From: an uncultured Pseudomonadales bacterium
GTDB taxonomy: Bacteria > Pseudomonadota > Gammaproteobacteria > Pseudomonadales > Azotimanducaceae
Direction: 5' to 3'
DNA length: 64,000 nt
Assembly: GCA_964638775.1 (NCBI GenBank)
Contig: CAZWZH010000066.1
Coordinates: 334-64,333, forward strand
Positions 7,837 through 17,400 of the stretch are shown one piece after another. Made by a program: the position numbers and the translations under genes. Below the pieces are notes generated by a model, which was given only the letters and a program-made list of their open reading frames with translations, did no database searches and had not been told where the DNA came from. The first letter of the stretch is position 1, and each line of letters begins with the position of its first letter.

Positions 7837-8105
7837 GACTCCGGTAAAGCCTCAGTAATACTGAGCCTCACCAAGATCAAACCGGGCCTCGGTCAATCGG
7901 CGGAATGGCCTCGGGCATCGCACGGACGTTGGTTTTCCGAGGTATCGCACGGCGCGATAGCAGGAGCGTCGGCGCGATGCGGCGCATCGTGCATCAATAA
8001 TACTTAGCCACACCCCCACCAACTTTCGTTGCGGGAGACCGCGCGCCGATTCACCATAACGCGCCAGATTCGCAGGCCCCGGATGGGACTGCTCCGTGGA
8101 CGGAC
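7837..8105. repeat. Copy A of a ~270-bp dispersed repeat (LysR leader/promoter segment)
   Basis: Blocks shared with 20798-21065 in the same order and spacing: ctccggt(a/c)aagcctca..aatactgagcc, cctcggtcaatcggcgg, gtgcatcaataatact(t/g)agccaca, ttttcgttgcg, c(t/c)(c/t)cgtggac. Confidence 0.7.
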
Positions 8106-8421
8106 CTGGCGCATGGAGGGTGCGGATGACGACACAAGACGATCTGAAGAAGCCGCGACCTGGCCGGTGCGCGGGGCTTGCCTAGTGCGGGGCAGCGTTG
8201 GTCCTGGCGGTGTCCGGCGCTCCCGCAGCCCGGAGGGCCTGGCTGATCGCGGTAAAGGGCGCTGGGGTGGGGTGCACGCCGAGGCTGGTGCCGACACCGG
8301 CTAAAGCGTTGGGATGGGTCGTGCATCTCTTGGCCACCGCGACAGGCGGCACGCGCGCGGTTTCGGCACGGACGCGAACACCGGGGGTGCAACCTGGCGT
8401 CTGTGGGGGGCCGTGTCGGCG

Positions 8422-11400
8422 ATGAAGATCCCGAGGCGGGTACCCCGGGAACCCGCGAGGAGGACCGCCAGGCGGGCGGGGTCAGCGTATCGACGCTGCG
8501 CGGAGGGCGCGTTGAAGGCTGCTGAGCCGGCGGTTGGCGTCGTACCGGAGGTGGCAAACGACTCCCTTGTGCGAGCAGCGCGTTACGGCACCGCGGTCGC
8601 GCTGACCATCGCCTTGCTCGCCGCCGTCACCGCGTCGCCGGTTCCGCCGCGTGCGTTTGCGAGTGAAGCCGACGTCTCCATGCAAGACCCCCCTCGCGGC
8701 GTTGCGGTATCGATCGAGTCCAGCCCCTCGGATAACCGCAGTTCCTACCGGATCGGAGAGACGATTTCGGTGGCGGTGGAGTCCGACCAGCACGGTCACC
8801 GGGTCGACGGCGAGAGGCCGAAACCGTCTGCCGGAGCCATCGCCGCGGCGGGCAGCGAGGTCTCGATCGTCTTCGACGAGGTTCTGGACGAAGACTCCGT
8901 ACCGCCCGCCGACGCGTTCTCGGTGACCGTCGACGACGCGGCGTATCCGGTGACAGCCGTCTCCGTGGCCGGCGACTCGGTCTCGCTGACACTGAGCCGG
9001 GATGTTCCGGCGGCCGGGCCGGATCTCGTGGTGACTTACGTGGATCCGGTGGACGCGTCCGCTGTCCGGATCCGCGACACGGCCGGCAACGCGGCGGCGA
9101 GTTTCGTGTCGGACCGGGGTCGGGAAGGCACTCAGGATGCGGACCCGGCCCCTCGGACAGGGCGCGAGATGCCCGCGGCCGACAGGCCGAGCATCGGCGA
9201 GATCCTTGCGCAGAAGGCGTTGCGAACGCCGGCGGAACGCAAGGTGAGTTCCCGGCTTCTGCAGGCCCGGCGGGATCGAGGCGCGGACGGACCGGAAAGA
9301 GCGGACGGGGCCGACAGCCGGCCCGCTGACGACGAACGCATCCTGGTGGACATCCGGGCGGACGTGACATCCGAAGTGCTCGAGCGCATCGAAGCGCTGG
9401 GCGGTGAAGTGGAGGATCGCCACCGGCGCTACCGGTCCATCCGGGCGCGACTGACGCCGGAGGCGGCGCTGCAGCTCGCGGAACTGGACGCGGTGCAGAC
9501 CATCCATCCCGCCGACCGGGCGAGGACGCATCAAAACGATGAGGATGAGGAAGAGGATGAGGAAGAGCCCCCGATGCGCAACACATCGGAGGGCGATGCC
9601 GCGCACGCCGCGGCCGCCGCGCGCGCCACCTACGCGGTCGACGGCACTGGAATCGGCATCGGCGTGATTTCGAACGGCGTTGGGTCGCTCGCGCAACTGC
9701 AGGCGTCGGGCGATCTTCCGAACCACGTCCACGTGCTGCCGGGGCAGCAGGGGGAAGCGACCGGAGAAGGGTACGAAGGCGCGGCATTGCTCGAAATCGT
9801 CCACGATCTGGCACCGGGCGCCGACCTCTACTTCGCCACCGGCTTGGGGGGCAAGGCGCGGTTGGCGGCGAACATCGATGCGCTTTGCCGTGCAGGCGCC
9901 GACGTCATCGTCGACGATGTCGTATACATCGAGGAGGCGGCGTTTCAGGACGACGTGATCGCGCAGGCCGTCACTGCGGCGGTGGCCGACGGCTGCTTCC
10001 ATTTTTCCGGGGCCGGCAACTGGGGCAATCTCACGCACACCACACGCGGGGGACGCTCCGGGGTCTGGGAAGGCGACTTCGTTGCCGGGACGGCCTTCAC
10101 CGTGGCTGGCGTAAACGTAGGGACCCGGCACGCGTTCGCAACCGACATGGAAGAGAACGCGTTGACGACCGTGCTGCCAACTTGGCGTGGGTCGATAACC
10201 CTTCAGTGGGCCGACCCCTGGTTCGCGTCGGACAACGACTATGACCTGTTCCTGGTCGATTCTGAGGGCGCGGTCGTTGCGAGTTCGACGAATGTGCAGA
10301 GCGGGTCCCAGCGTCCGTTGGAGGTCATCGAGACGGAAATCGTGGACACCGCAGATATCCGCGTGGTCGTGGTCAAGGCCTCGGGCAGTGCGGACCGCTA
10401 TCTGCGGCTGGTCGCGCACAACCTCGCGTATTTGGACATCACCACGGCCGGCTCCACCTACGGCCACGCCGCCTCCGCGAATGCCTTCGGCATCGGTGCC
10501 GTCAATGCACGCGCGGCCAGGGGGACGGACGGCGCTTTCGACGGCACGGAGTCGGTCCAGTGGTGGAGCGCGGACGGGCCGCGGCGGATGTTCTTCCATC
10601 CGGACGGCGCCGCGGTCACGCCGGGGGACTTCAGTTCGACCGGGGGCGTACTGCTCGCCAAGCCGGACCTCGTCGCGGCTGACTGCGTGACGACGGCGAC
10701 ACCGGGGTTCTCGTACTTCTGCGGCACCTCGGCATCGGCGCCGCACGCCGCGGCGATCGCCGCGCTGGTCCTGGAGGGGGCCGGCGGCCCGGGCAAGGTC
10801 ACCCGGGCCGAGCTTCGTGAGGCAATGGCCACCACGGCCCTCGACATCGGGGCCACCGGCCCCGACCGGGACTCCGGGGCGGGCATCGTCATGGCGCCGG
10901 CCGCGGTCGGCGCGCTCTACGTGCCGGCGGACGTTCGCAACGCGCCGCCGACGGTCGCGAACGCCGTCGGGCATCGGTCGCTGGCGCCGGACTCCCCGCC
11001 GTTCGAGATCGACCTGGCCAGCGTGTTCTCGGATCCGGCCGGGGACGCCCTGACCTACTCCGCCCGGTCGAACCGCCCGGACGGACTGGCCGTGAGCTTG
11101 ACCGGCTCAACCTTGACGCTGACGCCGGGATCGGCGCTGGGTCCGGTGGTCGTGGACCTGCGCGCGACCGACCCCGACCGGCTTGACGCCCGACACAGGT
11201 TCATCGTGACGATCTCCAACAGCGCCGAGCACGTGGTCCGCTCGGACTGGAGCCTGCTGCCGGACGGCGTACCCGTGGGCGGGAGCTTCCGACTGCTGTT
11301 CATGAGTTCGACCAGGCGCGACGGCACGTCGGCCGACCTCTCGGACTACGACAGCCACGTCCAGAGCGCGGCCGCCGGCGGCCTTGCGGACATCCAGGGG

Positions 11401-14400
11401 TACAGCAGCGAATTCGCCGCGGTGGTCTGCACGAACAACCAGCAGGACGTCTTCGAGAACACCGGGACGTCTGCGGACGACACCGACGCGCCGATCTACT
11501 GGCTGAGCACGGAGGGCGACGGGGAAGCCGTGGCGAGCGGCTACGCCGATTTCTACGACGGCTATTGGAACCCTAACGAGTACCGCCCCCGGAACCAGGT
11601 GGGATACCGGGGAAGAATCTCAAGTAGCGACCCCGTTATCACCGGCTGCGAAAACGACGGCACGGTGCGTCACGACGGGCTGGGTTCGGGCAACATTTCC
11701 GTGAGAGGCTGGTACGTCAGCAGCGATGGCACGGTGACTGACATCCGATTGGGACCCATGGCGTCGCAGAGCCTAAGGGTGCTCGCGCTGTCCCCGATCT
11801 TTGTGTACTCAGGAGCGGACGACGCCGCGCTGTCGACGCTGTCGCTCGAGGGCACCGAGGGCGCCTTGTTGGACGAGGAGTTCGATCCCGAGACGTTCTT
11901 CTACCGGGTCACCGTCGATTTCGCGGAGAGTCTCACGTTGGACTTCAAGGCGCGCGGCGCGGCTGCGGGGGCGACCGTGTCGGTCCAGGACGCGAACGGT
12001 CGGGTGTTGGACGATGCTGACCCGAATGCGTTGGGTTTCCAGGTCAATCTGGGCCCGCAGCGGAACGTCTTCCAAGTCATGGTGACCGCGGCGGACGGGA
12101 CCACGCTCACCTACCGGGTAGAGGTGTCACGAAACTATCCGACGCTGCTGACGAACCAGGCTATGCCACGCAGTACCCGACTCCACGACGGGTCGGCCAT
12201 TGCGCAGGTGTTCAAGACGGGCAACCACGGGGGCGGCTACCTGCTGGACGCGGTCATCGTGGAACTGGTGGACCCCCCAAGCGCGCCGGAGCCCGGCACC
12301 GCCTATGTCGGGCTATGGTCGGTTGACGAAACCGACCTCTTTGAAGACGCAAACACCAACCAGCTTGTGGTACTCCCTTGGAGCCGCCCGGGGGTCCTGC
12401 TCGAGTCGCTCGCGTCACCGGACGTTTTCGTGGACGGCCCCAACCGCTTCAGCGCGCCACTCGGGACGGTCCTGGAACCTGACACCTACTACTACGTGAT
12501 CGTCAACGAGGGGGTGGACGATGGAGTGTCCGTTGCGCTTTCTGCTGACTACCTAGTGCCTCCCTACGAGTCCGACTACGGTTGGGACGCAAACAACCAC
12601 TCCTACGGACCGACCTTCCGGGCAGACGACATTGGGGACAGGCAGGCCATTCCCAACAGTGTGATTATGCGCATCGAGGGCGGACTGTTGGCCGTCTCGT
12701 GCCCCATCGACCTGGGGGAGCGAACCGCCATCTGGTGGGCAGAGTTGAGTCCGGCAGAGCTAACCGGCCGTTCCTATGACACGTATGGATTCGACCGTGC
12801 GAACGCGGAGGGCGATCTGTCCATCGACTCTTTCGATTTCGGGGGGGCCACGTATGAAGTTACGGACCTGCGCGTCGCGCCGTTGACCGACCCGGCTCTC
12901 ACCGTCTTCGGCATCGAGCCGCGGTTACCGTCGGAGGACGTGCCGGCACTGGCGCTGCACCTATGCGACCGAGTGTTGCCCCTGAGTGCTGGTTCTCTGA
13001 CCAATGTGGTGACTTGGGCCGGCCCCGTTGACGACTGGTCGGACGGCGAGGCGGTCACGGTCGCGCTGTCGGCGGCCAAGGATGCGCTCCTGAGCGGCCT
13101 CTCAGTGCGGGGGGCCACGTTGACTCACGCGACTACCGGGCTCGCAGGGGAGAACAACGAGGGCTTCGAGGCGACCAAGTTCGACTACACCGCGGTGGTG
13201 CCCTCCATTCCGGTGACGGTGACGGCGACGGCGAACGAGCCGGGCGCGCTCATCGCCTACTTCGACAGCGATGGCGCCGCGATCGCGGACGTGGACACCG
13301 AGGAGCTGGGCCATCAGATGGACTTGGACGTCGGTCCAAACGTCGTTTGGATCGTGGTGACTGCGGGTGACCGCAGGCACAGCACGTCCTACAGCGTGAC
13401 GATCGTGTACGAGACGGGGGTGCTGTTGACGAACGAAGGCAACCGTTCCATTTCGTTAGCTACTGAGAATCCGCTTGTTTTCACGCAACCGTTCACGACC
13501 GGATCCCACGCGCACGGCTACCGGGTCGACACGGTCTGGATGGACACCCGAGACTTCTATTTTACGGATTGGGACCCTTCGCAGACGATTATGCGCCTCA
13601 CCGAGGAAAGGTCCGGAGGATTGCCGGACCTGACGTGCGAGGTGATGGCATTGAGAACGCCTCAGGAGCCCGTCCATGGGCCCGACGCGTTCGGTGCGTC
13701 CCGCAACAACAGGCTCAAGCCGGACACGCGCTACCATCTGGTGCTCAATTGGGGGATCAGAGATTCGAATTATCGGGTGAATCCACAACAAGTGCGCGGT
13801 CGGAGCTCCGAGTCCGGGTTTGGCTGGACAATGGATCAGTATCTGTCGTACGTCTCATGGAGACCCGGCAATGACCCTTGGGAGCCATACGATAGTCCTA
13901 GGGCCTTGGAAGTACGGATTGTAGGGTGCGAGTTGCATCCGGCAACGCAGCAGACACTGGTTTCGAACACGGGGCAGGCGCTTGATGACTCGACTTTGAC
14001 TGTGAGCGACACCTTGTCGATGGCGCTCGGTTTCACCACCGGCGACCGCACGACCGGTTTCACGCTCTCGTCGGTGCAGGTCCACTTCCACTCGTGGTTC
14101 GGCACCGGCGACAGGGCGAGGGTCAGCATCTACACGTCAACGTCCTCTGGGGCGCCGAATCAAAGCCTCTACGTCCTGACGAACCCGTCTTCGATCGTGG
14201 ACGGCGCGCTCAATACGTTCACGGCGCCCGAGAACGCGACGCTGGACCCGGACACCGAGTATTTCGTGGTGGTGGAGGCGGTGGAGGGGGTGTTCCGCAT
14301 CGGCCGAGCAAGCTCAAGTGTCGAGGACGTTTGCGAGGCGAGCGGCTGGTCTATCAGAGATCGAAACTATGGCTTCGATGACGCCAATGGAAGCTGGGGA

Positions 14401-17400
14401 GAGAGCCCGACAGACTCGTACCCGGTGCTGGGCATCGAGGGCATCGCTCATGCCTTGGTAAGCGGCCTGTCGCTCGCCGACCCGGGTGGGGTCCCGGTGC
14501 CACTCAACGAGGACTTCGACCCCGCGACGAAGGAATACACGGCGGACGTGGCCAACGCGGTACAGCGGGTCACCGTCGAGCCGCAGACCGACGACCCCCT
14601 CGCCAGCTTCGACTTCCTTGACACGGCCGGCACCGCGCTGACCGACGCCGACGGGATGGCGGACGGCTTCCAGGTGGATCTGGCGGTGGGCAACAACGAT
14701 ATCCAGATCGTGGCGACCTCGGGGAACGGCGCCGCGCGGGAAGCCTACGTGGTGGCCGTGTCGCGGTCGGCGACCGTGCCCGCGGACTGGAGCCTGACGC
14801 CGGACGGCGTCCCGCCCGGCGGACGGTTCCGCCTGCTGTTCGCGACCTCGAGGGGACGCGACGCGACGTCGTCCGACATTGCCGACTACAACGCCCACGT
14901 GCGCAACGCGGCGGCGGCGGGGCACGCGGACATCCAGGCGTACAGCGACCGGTTCACTGCGTTGGCCAGCACCGCTGCGGTCGATGCCCGGACGAACACG
15001 GGGACGGTGGCGTCGGACGCGGACGTGCCGATCTACTGGCTGTCCACGACGACGACGCGCGAGGCCGTTGCGACCGGCTACGCGGACTTCTACGACGGCA
15101 ACTGGCGCGACGCGTCCGCCCGCACGGAGAGCGGGGCGTCCACCACCATGGACGACTCCGACGCCGGCTCTGTGGCCACGGGCTCGAACCTCGACGGCAC
15201 GGCCACCACGGGCGGCGAGTTGGGGACCCCCGCCGTAGCCGGCTGGTGGCTGTCCGGGGGCGACCTCGGTTCGCGGCCCGCCCCCGGCAGCGTGTCCCGG
15301 CGCCTGCTGGCGCTGTCGCCGGTCTTCGAGAAGGACGCCACGACGCTCGTGACGAACGAGGGGGAGACCCCGAAATCGATGCAGGGCGCGTGGTGGACGG
15401 CGCAGGCGTTCACCACGGGGGGCCACACGGAAGGGTACCTGCTTCACGCGGTCTGGCTGGATGCAAGCGCCGGGAACGCGTACAGCGCGACCGACACGCA
15501 CGTCCGCATCGTGCCGGCAGAACCGGACGGGACCCCCCAACCCGTTGGCGCGCAGTTGGTGGACCTCGCGTCGCCGGCCACGATCGGCTCCGGCCCGGAC
15601 GCGTTCACGGCCCCGCCGGGCACGGTGCTGGAGCGGAGGACGACGTACGTCGTGGTGGTCAACCGAACGATCGTCGACTGGGAAGCGCGGCTGAAGCTGG
15701 TTCTGGTGGATTCGGACGTCGAACAGTCCGGGTTTGACTGGAGGATCAGCGATACGAGGACGATCCACCCCGAAGGCGACTCTGCGTCGAGGGGCGGTGC
15801 GCGGAGATCGCTTTCCATGCGCGTGACCGGCCGCGAGATTACGAACAACGCGCCGGTGTTCAATCCGAACACGGCGATGCGCACGGTGCCGGAGAACACC
15901 TCGGCGGGCGTGGCGGTCGGGGAGCCGATCCCGGAGGCGGCGGACGCGGACGACGACGCGCTGACCTACACGCTGGAGGGAACCGACGCGGCGTCGTTCG
16001 CGTTCAACGACACGACGCGGCAGATCAGCACCGGGACCGGGGTGAGCTACAACCACGAGGCGGCGAAGAACAGCTACGAGGTGGTGGTCAAGGCCGACGA
16101 CAACAAGGGCGGCACGGGCACGATCACGGTGACGATCAACGTCGGGGACGAGAACGAGAAGACGGACACCCCCGCCGCGCCGACGGTGGCGCCGACGGAG
16201 GGCGTGACCGACAGCCTGGACGTGACGTGGGAGGCGCCGGGGCTGAACGGCGGCCCGGACATCACCGGGTTCAAGCTGCGCTACCGGAAGACGGCGGGGA
16301 CGCCGGGCTGGGCGGAGGTGGCGGGGCTGGCCGCCGCGGCCAGGGGGGACACGATCGGCAGCCTGGAGTCGGGCACGGAGTACGAGGTGCAGGTGCAGGC
16401 GCTCAACGGCGAGGACGACAGCGACTGGTCGGCGTCGGGCACGGGAACCACGTCGACACCGGTGCCGAACCGGCCGCCGGTGTTCACCCCGAACGCGGCG
16501 ATGCGCACGGTGCCGGAGAACACCTCGGCGGGCGTGGCGGTCGGGGAGCCGATCCCGGAGGCGGCGGACGCGGACGACGACACGCTGGCCTACACGCTGG
16601 AGGGAACCGACGCGGCGTCGTTCGCGTTCAACGACACGACGCGGCAGATCAGCACCGGGACCGGGGTGAGCTACAACCACGAGGCGGCGAAGAACAGCTA
16701 CGAGGTGGTGGTCAAGGCCGACGACAAGAAGGGCGGCACGGGCACGATCACAGTGACGATCACCGTCGAGGACGAGAACGAGAAGACGGACCGCCCCGCC
16801 GCGCCGATGGTGACGGCGACGACCGGGGCGACCGACAGCCTGGACGTGACGTGGACGGCGCCGGGGCTGAACAACGGCCCGGACATCACCGGGTTCAAGC
16901 TGCGCTACCGGAAGAGGGGGGTGACGCCGCCGCCGGGCTGGACGGAGGTGGCGGGGCTGGCCGCCGCGGCCAGGGGGGACACGATCGGCAGCCTGGAGTC
17001 GGGCACGGAGTACGAGGTGCAGGTGCAGGCGCTCAACGGCGAGGGCGACAGCGACTGGTCGGCGTCGGGGACCGCGACGACGGGGAACAACGCGCCGGTG
17101 TTCACCCCGTCGACGGCGATGCGCACGGTGGCGGAGAACTCGGTGGCGGACACGGCGGTCGGGGACGCGATCCCGGCGGCGGCGGACGCCGACGACGACA
17201 CGCTGACCTACACGCTGGAGGGAACCGACGCGGGGTCGTTCTCGTTCAACGACACGACGCGGCAGATCAGCACGAAGGCGGGCGTCGCCTACAACTTCGA
17301 GGCGAAGAACAGCTACGAGGTCGAGGTCAAGGCCGACGACAAGAAGGGCGGCACGGGCACGATCACAGTGACGATCACCGTCGAGGACGAGAACGAGAAG

